Shown: positions 50,398-63,692 of the stretch, one piece after another
Layout of the letters: each line of letters opens with the position of its first letter
Numbering within the stretch: position 1 is the first letter of the stretch
Assembly (NCBI GenBank): GCA_964016885.1
Contig: OZ024740.1
Coordinates: forward strand, 248,620,001 to 248,684,000
From: Eledone cirrhosa
Lineage: Eukaryota
DNA length: 64,000 bases
Direction of reading: 5' to 3'
Program-made: the position numbers and the translations under genes
Notes under the pieces: model-generated
Told to the model about the DNA's origin: nothing
Database searches by the model: none
Seen by the model: only the letters and a program-made list of their open reading frames with translations

Positions 50398-51205
50398 TTG
50401 TTAATACAAATATTTAACTACCAATATATATATATACGTTTTTCTTTTTTTTCTCTCTACTTTTCTTTCACTCTCTTTCTTGTTTATGTTTAGTCTGTTC
50501 GTGCTTCCACCACTCCTGTGCTCTTCTTGTTACCATTGCTTCCCGTTACCCTCCTACTGCTAATCTCTTGCCCTCTTCTATAACAAGAGATAAGATGCCT
50601 TTCCTATTCTCCCCTGGAAGTAAGTCTACATTTCTTTATGCATTACTTGTGGGCACAATTATGTTTTCAGTTGCTGTTCATCAAAGTAGAAATACCTTAA
50701 TTGCTTAATGATTTAGTTGAAAGACGTTACTGTTCAACTATTTAACCTTTTTTATTTATCCTTCATCCCAGTTGGAAGACTTCTTTTCTATATATTTTTT
50801 TACCAAGGTTGTTTTCTTCTTTGTTGTATCTCTTCTTATTGGTTATTTTCATAGCTATTTGCACAATGAGACGGTGTCTAAAATTCCGAAACTGCATCTA
50901 CAACAGCTGATGAAGGGTTATACTTGTTTAAGTACGTTTCTTTTTGTTTACATTGTCCTACAGTGCAATTTTTGCATATATGTGTGTCTGCATATGTTTG
51001 TGTATTGCATTTTTAACACTATTTTCTTCTCTTTATCAGATTTGATGACTAAGATTGCTACTGCATTTGAAAAAACTTCGCTGATGATCTGATGATCTGT
51101 GACATTCCAGAGTTACTATACACTATATACATTTCTATATATAAATATAGATCTATTTACATACCTACAAGCCTATATATATATATATATATATAACCAT
51201 CTTTA

Positions 51206-51260
<55 letters not shown>

Positions 51261-51322
51261 TTATATATATATTTATTTATATCTATCTATCTACCTATCT
51301 ATATTACTGTCTCTTTGGTCTC

Positions 51323-51699
51323 ATGGATGATACAGCATATTTTACTTTCGAACCGAAACCTCTACAGACATTATGCATCGAATTTTTGGTAGGCAACTTG
51401 GACACGTATCAATCTTTACATACTTTACCTGTGACGGTAGCTCAAGAAATATTTCTTACTGCTGATTGCAACAACCAGTTCTCAATTCCTTCGACAACTG
51501 TCTTCAAGAGATTGGAATTATTTTCGTCAACATTCACCAAGTATTTTGTATCAAGCCTTTCTTTGCGTAACTCTTGTCATCTCATCAATTATTTGTCCAA
51601 TGAATTCACCGTGTTTTCCGGGGTTAGCTCACTTGATTTGAGCCACTGCAAACTTGGTGATCGCCATGCAATTCTCTCCCAGTTGAATTATTTCACTAA
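51323..51699 (+). CDS. LRRC42: Leucine-rich repeat-containing protein 42-like, first recognisable coding exon
   Basis: SLSLRN..FSGVSSLDLSHCKLGDRHAILSQL resembles vertebrate LRRC42 as I recall it (SLCLRN..LDLSCCKLGDEHELLEHL). Donor AA|GTGAGT at 51699/51700, phase 2. The exon probably starts at 51040 with a 5' UTR. Confidence 0.82.
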
Positions 51700-51834
51700 G
51701 TGAGTATGTTACACTAAACATTGCACAAGTTCAATTTTTCTTATTGTTGATCAGGACCAGATTATCCATTAAAAATATAACGATGTGGTTAGGACAATAA
51801 AGAGTATTTTTCAATCCTGGATTGATCTGATAAC

Positions 51835-52074
51835 CTTGCTAATGCTGGTGCCACAATAAAATGACCTCAGTATATTTGGGATACTATGATTGAAATGAAC
51901 TAAGTCTACTTGGTGTTATGAAAAGCACATCTGTACGAATGTCATAAAAATTGCAAGCAGCAGACCCTGTAAGGAAGGGTATCCAGCTGTAAAAACCATG
52001 TCAAAAATGGAATGTAACAAGCATGGTTGGCTACTCCAATCCATCCAAACCCATGCTAGCATGGAAAGGAGACA

Positions 52075-52113
<39 letters not shown>
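51835..52113 (+). mobile_element. Decayed SINE with (GAT)n tail
   Basis: AGGAAGGGTATCCAGCTGTAAAAACC..AACCCATGCTAGCATGGAAA..(GAT)n; same family as 62105-62480. Confidence 0.65.
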
Positions 52114-52757
52114 CAGGAGGAGGAGAAGGAGGAGGATGTTTGCATGTTAATAGCTGGAACATCTTTGCTCATAGGTTTGCTGGGGTTAAATAACAACTGA
52201 ACAATTATATGAAAAGTCAAATTATTCCATTAATATTTTATTAGTTTTTGCATACATAATATAGCTACAAGTTACAAAAACAACTTACAAAAAGAAAAAG
52301 GAAAAAACTTATTAGATAACATTCATTTAATTAATTGATACTTTTATTCCATTCTGTTTTGTAGTGAAATCTAATAGGTAGTAAATAACAAATGAAAGTT
52401 GCAGAAACCAATTATAAATTCATACTCATTTAATATCTTGACACAAAGCCATAAATGAAAATGACAGATGTCTGAAACTACCACAATTGTCCTAAAACTA
52501 TAAATCATGAATAACATCTTCTTTGGAAAATTTTCTAACTAGTAATCAATATTCCTAATGATGTAAAAATGGTTTTAGTGTAATAGAATGTTGTTTTTTT
52601 TTAATTTAAAATCGATTTGTTTTAGAAGGCAGTAGCAATCCAGATTCAACATTAATATAGAAAATAACAATAACAAAGATAATAAAATATTACCCTACAT
52701 ATATTTAAATGGTCCTTATATTTGACGCAAAATATCCAATTTCAAGGATGTTAAGAG

Positions 52758-52862
<105 letters not shown>

Positions 52863-52984
52863 ACAATGCAGCCATAGAATTTCAGATTTGATTTCACTGC
52901 ATGGTACCTTTATATCATTAGTAAGTGTCTTCTACCATAGTCGTGGATTAACCTATACCTTGTGACGGAAATTGGTAGACATAA

Positions 52985-53440
52985 ACTACCACTGCTTGCT
53001 ACATAGGGTCTCTTCCTCAGAAGGCAGATTTTATTATGCTTGCATGCGAATAGCAATGCTACATGGTAGTGAGACTAGGGCTTTGTGTACAAAGGACTTA
53101 CATAGACTGTAAAGGCAAGCATGCTCAGATGAAGTATGAATAAGCTGAGTTAAAAACTGGGCATAAGAGGTTTTGGTGCTGCATGCAGGAGAGGAGACTT
53201 CGATAGTATGGACATGTGATGTGTATGAAGGATGACAGTTACATAAAGAAATGCAGAGTGCTTGAAGTCAAAGGAGTACTTGGAAGGGGAAGACCTAGGA
53301 AATCATAGGATGATATGGAGAAGGCTGACTTCATGCAGCTGAACCTCATGAAGGAGATGACCCAGGATCGACGAAACTGGCAATAATATAGGGAACTGTT
53401 TTCCCATGCAAGTTGAATAAAGCAGCATAAAGAGGATGGC
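52985..53440 (+). mobile_element. Decayed RTE-like LINE 3' fragment in an intron
   Basis: Translates in pieces as RFYYACMRIAMLHGSET, YGHVM..KDD, GRGRPRKS. Confidence 0.6.
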
Positions 53441-54142
53441 AAACCATAAACCATACACCTCATTCCTCCCTGAACCCGAAGGCGATGAGAGGTTTTACAA
53501 CACTCAGGTTCCACTTCACACTTGTTAGTATGCCAACATGCCCCTGATCCCCTTCTCCGCCCTAAACTTGAAGAAGCAGAAAGATGGCTCACCCCTCAGG
53601 TCCTCACCAGCTAGTATACTCTTGACTTCTATGCCCAACCCATGCTAACATGGAAAGTTAGAATGAACCTCAAATGATTTACTACTGAACCCTTCCACCC
53701 CCAACATATTTCCAACTCAAGAATCTAGTTGAGCATTGGTGTTGCTATAATTTATTGCCTTTTCCCACCACCCATTAAAAGTCAACAGGTTTGAACACCG
53801 ATCAATAGATGCCACTGATTATCAGACTATGAATAAATATATAGTAATAATTTATGTTGTATTCGTTCTGCAGGTCACATGGCCAGAAGCTTTTGGGCCT
53901 TTCTCTCTTGTTTTTTTCCCTGGGGTTTCCTCCATAGAGCCCGCTTGGTGATGTGGTGCTGAAGAAAGAATTAAGAAGATCTGAAAGGAACTGGATCAAT
54001 TTCAGAAGAAGGTTCAAAGCATGGATGGGTGGAGGAAGATTATTGATGGCCAATATTCCATGTGGAGCTAAGAACCTGAGTAGAGAGAGTGAGTTTTGTC
54101 TTTTGGTATATTAACTTTTAACATATTAGTTTTGTCTTGCAG

Positions 54143-54261
54143 CTTGACGTTACTTGCTCTCCGTGACAATGGATTAAGCCATCGCGGGATTGACCACATG
54201 ACAATTTCTTTACGCCTTCTTAGAGGAGGGCAAAGAAACTTACAATATCTTGATGTTTCAG
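54143..54261 (+). CDS. LRRC42: LRRC42-like, next coding exon
   Basis: Acceptor TTTTGTCTTGCAG at 54142, and the phase matches the previous exon (AA+C = Asn). LTLLALRDNGLSHRGIDHMTISLRLLRGGQRNLQYLDVS. Donor CAG|GTACGA at 54261/54262. No later exon was recognised in the window. Confidence 0.85.
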
Positions 54262-54512
54262 GTACGAATCATATCTCATATTATTATCAAAGCAACATAG
54301 CTTAATTTTATCCATATAATATGCATGAAAATGAGTATATGTTTAGGTTTACATGTGTACATGTATCTTGTATGCATATGTTTATATATATATATATATA
54401 TATATACATTTTTAAAATCTTTTATAACTTTTATGATTTTTTAGAACATTTTAAATAGTTTTTATACATATTTCCTTTGATCTATTTTATAAGTATAGTT
54501 GTTTTTTTGTAT

Positions 54513-54630
<118 letters not shown>

Positions 54631-54670
54631 GTATTGAAGTTTGCTTGAAGCATTGTGGAACAATAAGTAA

Positions 54671-55924
54671 ATATCTTTAAGTCGTTTGGAAGCCTCGACA
54701 ATGCAAATGGGTAAATCTCCGGGTAACAAGGTCCGGTGGTGGAGAGAAATGTAAGTGGGTGTACGTTGAGATGCGTGGTATGTATAGGATGTGTGAGATG
54801 TGTAGAATGAAGGGAAGAGTATAAAGGATGAAATAAAAATAACAACACAAGAGAGAGTTACCCTGGGAGAGATTTAATAGTCCCTATATATTTCGGATTC
54901 ACATCCATCAACTGGGGTTTTTTCCGGGGTGGCGGAAAAGGTTGTCTGTCGGACAAGTCCGGAACGCGTCCTTCGCTGTTTGTTGTTTTGAATATCTGAG
55001 GTATTCGGCAGAGCGCGCGTGCGCGTGAAATGGGGTCGGTCGTACAGAAGTCAGCGGCCGAATGAGGGAGTGGGAAGGCGCTAGCTGTCAGTCCATTCTC
55101 TGCCTGTTTGTTAAATGTTACTGTGTGTGTGTGTGCGTGTGTCGTTGTCACGCTTGAGTGTGTGTGTGCGTGTGTTGTTTCCTTGTTCCTCTGTATTGGC
55201 AGTGTAGTATGTTCGTATGGTGGAATGTTACTGTGTGTGTGTGCGTGTTTATGTGTAGTTGTCTCGTTTGCGTGTGTGTGTGTGTGCGTGTGTTGTGTGT
55301 TGTTGCATCGCTTGTTAACTTAAACCAGCCATCTCATTTCGCTTCTCTCTGATCGGTTGTTTATTTGCGGTTGCAGTCGTTTGATAAAAAGCGCTTCCTT
55401 GATACGTAACGTGCCGACGTTTCTTTCAGTCGCTAGAATTGTGACAATGGGCCTTCCGACACACGCACACACACACACAGTAACATTTAACAAACAGGCA
55501 GAGAATGGACTGACAGCTAGCGCCTTCCCACTCCCTCATTCGGCCGCTGACTTCTGTACGACCGACCCCATTTCACGCGCACGCGCGCTCTGCCGAATAC
55601 CTCAGATATTCAAAACAACAAACAGCAAAGGACGCGTTCCGGACTTGTCCGACAGACAACCTTTTCCCCCACCCCGGAAAAAACCCCAGTTGATGGATGT
55701 GAATCCGAAATATATAGGGACTATTAAATCTCTCCCAGGGTAACTCTCTCTTGTGTTGTTATTTTAATTTTATCCTTTATACTCTTCCCTTCATTCTACA
55801 CATCTCACACATCTTATACATACCACGCATCTCAACGTACACCCACTTACATTTCTCTCCACCACCGGACCTTGTTACCCGGAGATTTACCCATTTGCAT
55901 TGTCGAGGCTTCCAAACGACTTAA

Positions 55925-55930
<6 letters not shown>
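54671..55930. repeat. Inverted repeat, 474-bp arms (54671-55144, 55457-55930), 312-bp spacer, flanked by (TA)n
   Basis: Near-identical ORFs on opposite strands (54858-55151 -, 55357-55743 +), about 4 mismatches by eye. Each arm has a degenerate hammerhead (ccc-CAGTTGA-t-ggat-gtga-atcc-GAAA-tata-TA-ggg at 55684-55719). Confidence 0.97.
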
Positions 55931-55960
<30 letters not shown>

Positions 55961-56078
55961 GTGTGTATAATGGTAGCTATGGTGCTTCCATAGGCGGTAG
56001 GCCAAAATTAACACTCAATATTCAAACAGAGCAGAGTGTGGATAGTATAAAAAAACGAAAATCAATGATGCATCTGGA

Positions 56079-56400
56079 CTCAGTTTATTGCGTGTTACAA
56101 TTGTTTCTCTGGCAGGTAGCTCGAGACATGATCACTGTATGGATCTTGCTGATTCTACGGCTGCAGGTTCCTTCGGACACGGGCAGTTCGTTCTGAGCAA
56201 ATTTTCTCACTGGGGTGTTATCGTCAAAAAACACCTTCATAAAACATCTTCCACTCTTGTCATGCCATTGGCTGTTGCTATTCTACGTCATCTTAAGTTC
56301 TGGTCACTATTTACTGCTACACAGGTCATCAGTCATTTTCCGTCCGACACACTTCAATGGAGCCCTGCTGGGTTCGGTATCTCACACGTCTGTTCACACT
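56079..56400 (+). repeat. Dispersed repeat family head followed by a long CA-rich tail (second copy 60559-60850)
   Basis: Both copies start ACTCAGTTTATTGYGTGTTACAATTGTTTC..AGCTCGAGACA and align for about 300 bp before CA-rich sequence. Confidence 0.75.
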
Positions 56401-57147
56401 CCAGAGTATGTACCCACATATACACACACATATACACATACGCATGTATACACATATGTACGCATACATGTGTAGACACACATACCCCCAAGCACATATA
56501 TACACGCACACACTCTCCCTCTCTTCCACAAACCCAAGCACACCCACATCCAGATACCGACCGCCACATACTTATCGGCGCCTGCCTAAACAGCGCCATA
56601 CATCCGGTCTCACACGCACGCATACGTGCACACACGCGCAGACACACACGTCCACGCATACAAAGACATATCGGCGTTCGGGCACATCAGCATATATATA
56701 CACAAACACTCTCAGACACATACATGGATACACACGCACATACACGCATATTCTTATTGATAGGCATCAAGGACAGACACAGTTCCAAAGACATAAGCAC
56801 ACATACACACATATGCACACACCTGTATATATATCTACACACAAGTACATGTACCCGCATATAAACACATAGACAAACCCTGTCCTATGTGGGTATACGT
56901 ACGCGCCCACACACACCCACTGACAGACACTCACACCATATATATTTTTTTTTTTTATATATGCGTGTTCATACACACACACGTATACACACGTATGCAG
57001 ACACACTCGTATACACATATACATATATGTATACGCACACAAGCAATCACATACACATGTATACACGCACATACAAATACATACCTATACGCACATATGT
57101 CCATATGTGTACACACACCCACGCAAACATACACATATACACACACG

Positions 57148-57210
<63 letters not shown>

Positions 57211-57285
57211 TAGATTGAGTTATAAACTCAAAATAGTCTTTTACAATTAATTAGCTCAAAGAAGGGAAACTACCGAGCCGTGTAA

Positions 57286-57577
57286 TATAATTGGATATAT
57301 GAGAGAGATAAACACAGATACAAGTATGCATGTGTTCTAATTGCAAATGACCAAGTTAGCTAGGTTTAAAAAATACTAATTTAAAAGTAACAAACCTATA
57401 TCGGGCAATAGCCTTTGATACCCGGACAGACCTATTACTTTTATTGATTTATTACTTTAAATCGAGTCAGGCAAACCATATTGTTTTAAATTAGTATTTT
57501 TTCAACCTAGCTAACTTGGTCATTTGCAATTGGAACACATGTATACTTGTATCACTGTTCATCCCTCTCATATAATC

Positions 57578-57585
<8 letters not shown>
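57286..57585. repeat. Older imperfect inverted repeat (about 100-bp arms, about 95-bp spacer) between (TA)n tracts
   Basis: AATTGCAAATGACCAAGTTAGCTAGGTT vs AACCTAGCTAACTTGGTCATTTGCAATT, with several mismatches outside this core. Confidence 0.88.
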
Positions 57586-57618
<33 letters not shown>

Positions 57619-58300
57619 ATTTAATTACACCTCTATACATACATACATAAATATATTATATAACAAATTGTACTGATAAAGGGTCATCACCCAGAAACAG
57701 AAATAACAACACAATCGGTACCGTATATGGAAGGAATATATTAGGTTAACTCTTGAAATAGCAGGAAGAGGGTCTTAACATTAAGATAGATTGAAGGGAC
57801 GGGCGGGGTGGAATTGGAAAAATGTCTTTACATAAAAATAACAGGTCCATTCATGTTGACATTTCTTGGAAAACTGTTGATGCGGGCGTTTTGTGTATGA
57901 TTTATTTTTTTTTAGAAAAGTGGGTGACGGAGTACGTCTACCTGAAATGGAAAAAAAGCGTTTTGTAAAAAGAGCTATACTTGTGCGTATGCATGTGTGT
58001 ATGTGTGTTATTGTACGTCCATACGAAGCTAATAAGAAATGTGTGTGTATATGTAAGTAAAAGAGTGTGTGTGTGCTTGTAAGTACGAAGCTATGAGCAA
58101 AAGTATGTTAATATAAGGGTGTGTATGTGTGTATATACAGAGCTGTGAAGGGAAAAGAGGAGTGTGCATATTTTGTCGGTCTGTATTAGTTGTAAGAGAA
58201 TATGTTTCTGACCATAAGAGAGCCATAGAAATATAGGGGTGAATGTACAAGCGCGGGTGAGAATGGACGGGGTATTAAAGAAATTGGGATATTTATATAT

Positions 58301-58395
<95 letters not shown>

Positions 58396-58450
58396 AGATG
58401 GCGTAGGACAGAGCAAAGGAGAGGCATAAAAACAAAGAAAAGAATTCCCA

Positions 58451-58493
58451 GTCACTGAAGAGTTCACAGAATGTGTGACGAAAGAACTTTGAC
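58451..58493 (+). ncRNA. Minimal type I hammerhead ribozyme, intact core
   Basis: gtca-CTGAAGA-gttcaca-gaa-tgtgtgac-GAAA-g-aa-c-TT-tgac; CUU triplet. Confidence 0.72.
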
Positions 58494-58630
58494 AATATAT
58501 AAACAATCATCTGGTTGTGGAACCAACCAACCAACCGGAAATTTATAAATTCCTAAATTTATAAATTTATTGCAATAAATTGAAGTGAAAGCAACTGGTG
58601 CGTATTGGCAACATGACCCTCCCAAAGTAT

Positions 58631-58687
<57 letters not shown>

Positions 58688-58713
58688 CAAAAGATGGTTA
58701 AAAGAGTTCCATG

Positions 58714-58784
58714 TATTTTATTATGCGCATTTCAAAAACAAATATCATCATGCAATAACATTTGTGTTTTCATCAGATAAAATA
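58714..58784 (-). ncRNA. Minimal type I hammerhead ribozyme, intact core, palindromic stem III
   Basis: Minus strand reads tattttat-CTGATGA-(36-nt hairpin aaacacaaatgttatt-gcat-gatgatatttgttttt)-GAAA-tgcgca-TA-ataaaata. Stem I is 8 bp and perfect; AUA triplet. Confidence 0.85.
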
Positions 58785-59283
58785 GGAAGACATGATATGA
58801 AGGTTAAAGAACACTTGTGAATAGTGCAGTTTTAAATCAACTTATCCGATATCTGCATTGCTTTATTGTACTACAATAAAACTCACCTCCTACATTATAT
58901 ATATATATATATATATATATAATAAATTCGATTCGTCTGCAATTATGCAAACAACCCTCAATTTTATAGCCATGTCAGTAGAATGAACCCTTCATTCTTG
59001 CTCTTGTGTTGGCATGTGAACAGAACTACAGACACTAATGTTCTGGGTATCACCCTTCAGCTGACTGGCCTGTCTGCTGATATGCAAATCTGGCTGATCA
59101 GTGGATCTGCTAATATGGGTTATATCCGTAGTAGTAGAGCACTCAGTCCATGGGACGAGTTTGGTAGAAGTAGTTCCACAACAGATAATCCACCATTTGA
59201 TGATTGACTAAGGTGAAACAATTGTTCCTAGAAATGGTGAATTAACTGTTGTGGAACTACTTCTCTCTCTCTCTCACTCCTCA

Positions 59284-59386
<103 letters not shown>

Positions 59387-59467
59387 GATAAGCAGAACAA
59401 GCAAAATTCAACCAATTTTTTTAAATAAATAAAAAAATATAATTTAAATATTTACCTATCCTTTTCG

Positions 59468-59546
59468 CCCTGACCGGTCGGTTTCGCTTTGTAAAACACC
59501 AGAAATCCAATGGATTTCTAATGGAAAATCAAAGTTCATCAGAGAA
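59468..59546 (-). ncRNA. Type I hammerhead ribozyme with extended stem II, intact core
   Basis: Minus strand reads ttct-CTGATGA-actttg..agaaatcca-t-tggatttct..caaagc-GAAA-ccg-ac-cgg-TC-aggg. GUC triplet, with an A.C mismatch at the stem II base. Confidence 0.78.
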
Positions 59547-59620
59547 GCATTTTTCTTTCCTAGGGCTAAAGACCCAGGAACGATAAAATATATCGCCATC
59601 CGCCAGCTAGCACAGATCTA

Positions 59621-59666
<46 letters not shown>

Positions 59667-60212
59667 GCACACCCACACACACACACCCATATATGTGTAA
59701 ATGAAATCATACAAACAGTATTAACTGTGTTAGAATGAAAACATAATAGTTTTTTTTAAATAAAATAAATGGATCAGCTGGAGATGCGACAGTAGTGAAA
59801 GTCAGGCTGTTTCAAATAGAATCCGGCGGACGGTTAATAGATTGTCTGCAGAGATAAGATAGCCGACCATAGAAAGGAATTTTCTGAAAGCAAGTTGGAC
59901 ATGTGCACATATGTTGTGATTGTATGTGTGTGTGTGTTTTTACGCGTGCGTTTCACGTTGTGTAAGATGTTATGTACAAGTACATAGTACATACATGGGA
60001 AAGTTCCTACGTATGTATGCGCTCTAATAAGTGTTACTTTGTGCATGCAGAGTGGACCCAAAGGCCAGTCCATGTGTTCAGTAAACCGCCAGACCGCCCC
60101 ACTGTGCGGGTGGGCCTCACTCCCATTGTACAAATGCACCATGCATTCGTTAAGCTACTATCCGGGAAATGTAATTAAATATGTATATGATGCAACACTG
60201 ATTTTGTTCCCT

Positions 60213-60473
60213 TGTACCAGTAATGCACTGGGTAGGGTAATTGCTGGCCTTGTGCCTAAAGTAGAAACAATTATTATTAGGGCGGTGTATTGGCAGTATC
60301 GGTAGAGAGTCAGACGCCATGATTTGCAGCATAGAGTTACGGCCCTTTATGGTCTGAGTTCAAATCCCGCCGAGGTTAACTTTGCCTTTCATCCCTACGG
60401 GGTCGATAAAATTAAGTACCAGTAATACATTGGGATAATTGCTGGCCTTGTGCCAAAAGTAGAAACAATTATT
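60213..60473 (+). mobile_element. tRNA-derived SINE (60279-60473) preceded by an extra 3' tail copy (60213-60278) ending in (ATT)n
   Basis: Same family as 3744-3924; box B GAGTTCAAATC. Confidence 0.9.
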
Positions 60474-61346
60474 GATACTCTGCTCCCCATTCAGTATATC
60501 GCCTACGGACGCAATTAATTTGCACCTTTAATACATATATATATATATATATATATAACTCAGTTTATTGTGTGTTACAATTGTTTCGCCGGCAGATAGC
60601 TCGAGACAGGATCATTGTACGGATCTGTCTGATTCTAGATCTGCAGGTTCGTCGGACACAGGCAATACTTTCGGAACAAATTTTCTCACTGGGGTGTTAG
60701 TTACAAAAAAGATCTCCCTCTCTTGTCTTGCTATTGGCTGTTGTTTTTCTACGTCATCATAAATTCTGGTCAATATTTGCTGCCATACAGTCCATCAGCT
60801 ACTCTCCGTACGACGCACTTCAATGAACTCGTGCTGGGTCCGCTCACACACATATATACACACACATACACACACACATATATACATACACATACACACA
60901 CGCGCGCACACATACATATATACGCATACACATATGTACACACACATATGTACATATACACACCCATATACATATACACACACACTCTCTCACACACACC
61001 CACACACGCCCACGACCATATAACTACCAACATACGCGTCCACAGGCGCCTGCCTATATGCCCTCGTACATCCGCTCTTACACGCACGCACACGCGCACA
61101 CCCACACACACACACACGCACACGCATACAAGGACACACACATGCGTACGCGTACATTTGCTCATATACACAAACACGTACAGACATATACATAGACACG
61201 CACACGCACATACACACACCTGTCCTTATAGAGAGGCACAAAGACAGACACGCTCCCAAACACACATACACACATACACACATACATGTATATATATGGA
61301 GGAGGTTATAGTTCACTTGAAGCATTGTGTAATGAGGTATAAACGT

Positions 61347-61736
61347 TAGAATATGTGTAATAAGGCCAAGACAATGCAGATATGGACATAGAAAAAAGAA
61401 TGCAATAGTGAGAGATATTGATGAGAATTCGTCTTTCACCTTGAATTTATTTAAATGTCCTTAATTTTCGAGATAATATCTCTTCTTCGGAGGGAAGTAA
61501 AAGTCTCAGACCAGCGTCTTTAAATTTCTAATGAAGCCATGCATGGCTTCATTAGAAATTTAAAGACGCTGGTCTGAGACTTTTACTTCCCTCCGAAGAA
61601 GAGATATTATCTCGAAAATTAAGGACATTTAAATAAATTCAAGGTGAAAGACGAATTCTCATCAATATCTCTCACTATTGCATTCTTTTTTCTATGTCCA
61701 TATCTGCATTGTCTTGGCCTTATTACACATATTCTA
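61347..61736. repeat. 390-bp perfect palindrome with no spacer (centre ATG|CAT at 61541/61542)
   Basis: The arms are exact reverse complements by eye. The centre reads CTAATGA-AGCCA-TGCA-TGGCT-TCATTAG. Confidence 0.97.
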
Positions 61737-62104
61737 TGTATATATATATATATATATATACATATATGTATATGTACACGCACATAAACTTACAAACAAT
61801 CCCTACCCTATGTAGGTGCACGTACACCCCCCCCCACACACACACACACTCTGGCTCATATACATTCAAACAAATACTCGCCCAATTACCTCCGTGCCCA
61901 CGTACATCCACAAAGATAGATACACGCACACATGTATATATCTCTGTCCGTATCCAAATGTGATATACTCAGTCATATAAATCTGCACAAAAGTCCCACA
62001 AAGGTCCCACCTTCCCATGGGCGCAGGCTGAATCTGAAGCATGCATATATATATAGTATGCACCACCCCCACTCCACCCTCCCAACATCTCTCACGAGAA
62101 CAGG

Positions 62105-62431
62105 CTATAGCATACATCTAGTGAAGCCTCCAGCCCACACTGTAAAGAGGTCGTGATGGTTACATGACAAAAAGCGCCCAGCCCACACTGTAAAGTGGTC
62201 GAGATGGTGACACGGCAAACAGCACCCAGCCCACACTGTAAAATGGTCGTGTATGAGTCACGACAAAAGGCACACACTGTAAATGTAGTTGGTATTAGGA
62301 AAGGCATCCAGCCGTAGAAACTAAGCCAGAACCAGTTCTGTGTGAGCAGGACACGGTCATCTGACCCAACTAACCTTAAACGAGACAACTCGTCTAACCC
62401 ATGCCAGCGTGAAAAAATGGACGTTAAACGT

Positions 62432-62480
<49 letters not shown>
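62105..62480 (+). mobile_element. SINE 3' part with internal ~41-bp repeats and (GAT)n tail
   Basis: CAGCCCACACTGTAAA repeats; AGGAAAGGCATCCAGCCGTAGAAAC; AACCCATGCCAGCGTGAAAAAATGGACGTTAAACG(TGA)n. Confidence 0.75.
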
Positions 62481-62719
62481 ATATATATAAAAGAAGATAG
62501 GGTCTTTTCACTTTTCGTTGGTAAAATCAAATTTGTGGAGTGATTCTACAACTATTAATGAAGAAGCAGCTTACCAAATATTTTTCTCAACATGTATAAT
62601 TGAGTCCTGTGATATAATATTCCAGGTGTTAATCAACAAGTATTTTACTGGTTCCAAAAATTCACAAAGTACGTATAAATCAATTTTAGGAAAAACAGAT
62701 AAGGCATGAGTAGAAAAAC

Positions 62720-63610
62720 GTATTTAATTACACATTCTAACACGTGTTTCACCATCAAGTTGCGTCACAAGGTCTATGAGAGCTGTTTAGAGATATTAAT
62801 GGCTCCAATCACTCACTTGTATAACATCATTACTCAATGAATCCTCAGAGAATAAATGCAATAATTAGATTTTCTAGTGATATTAGTATAAAAGGAAAGA
62901 AAAGGAAGAACTGTTAAGTTTACCCATGGGCTTCCAGCAATTTTGGTGCTACATAAATAAGATATGTCATTGTCTGAGAAATGGTTAATCCATAGATCTA
63001 AGGGGGTCATATAAGTGGTGATGACTGTTGTGATAAAAAATAAACAGGCCATAAATTCATTAATTCTAGTAGTGTCAGGATGACAGTTACGGATAAGATG
63101 GAAGCTGAAATGGTGGAATTGGCGTCATTCGTCTAGGTAAGAAAAACCAGCGATTTCAAAGAGATAAAAACAGAGACAACTGGAAGTAGAGTAATAGGTA
63201 CTAATCATGGGCTAGCTAGGATTATAATTAGAAAACGTTTTAAGGTATTTGTGCTTACAGTTGAATACCCTAGCCTGTCTAGAATTTAGTAAGTTCTTTC
63301 GTGTCAAGATTTCTAGTACTTCAATTGCACAAAGAACACATTCCTTTCTTTCGCGTCGATAGGGGTGGGCGAATAGTAGAATTGACCACGACAGTTTATA
63401 TTCTACTTTTTTCATTTGTTAATTCCCATATTTTTGTAGCCAACGTGATAGATTTTCGAAGCTACAAATTTTTAAATGACGGATATGCACATACCGTCTT
63501 TTCTTTAAAAAGTTGGATGTGGACCTCACATATCTAAATGTCCCTTGGTTTGTTATTTCGTACTGGCATGCAATGTTGTTACTCATGCATTTTCCCGATA
63601 TCAGCAACTA
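62720..63610 (-). mobile_element. Penelope-like 3' fragment: GIY-YIG C-terminus plus 3' region with a degenerate hammerhead (62737-62782)
   Basis: ISGKCMSNNI..RYVRSTSNF; YKLSWSIL..AHPY....C.LC..E..EIL....LLNSR....CKHK; ct-CTCATAG-acc..ggt-GAAA-cacgtg-TT-ag. Confidence 0.75.
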
Positions 63611-63692
63611 TCAGGTTTTCTACAGTTACAATGTACATGTCGATTAAAATCTGTATTTGTTCTGTCGTTTAGGATAAATGCATTGGTAGGAC

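Noticed and set aside
54858-55743. Paired 97/128-aa ORFs
   Set aside because: They are mirror images within the inverted repeat and begin in CA microsatellite.
57670-57725. Hammerhead-like CTGATAA-gggt..accc-GAAA
   Set aside because: There is a core mismatch and no convincing stem III or stem I partner.
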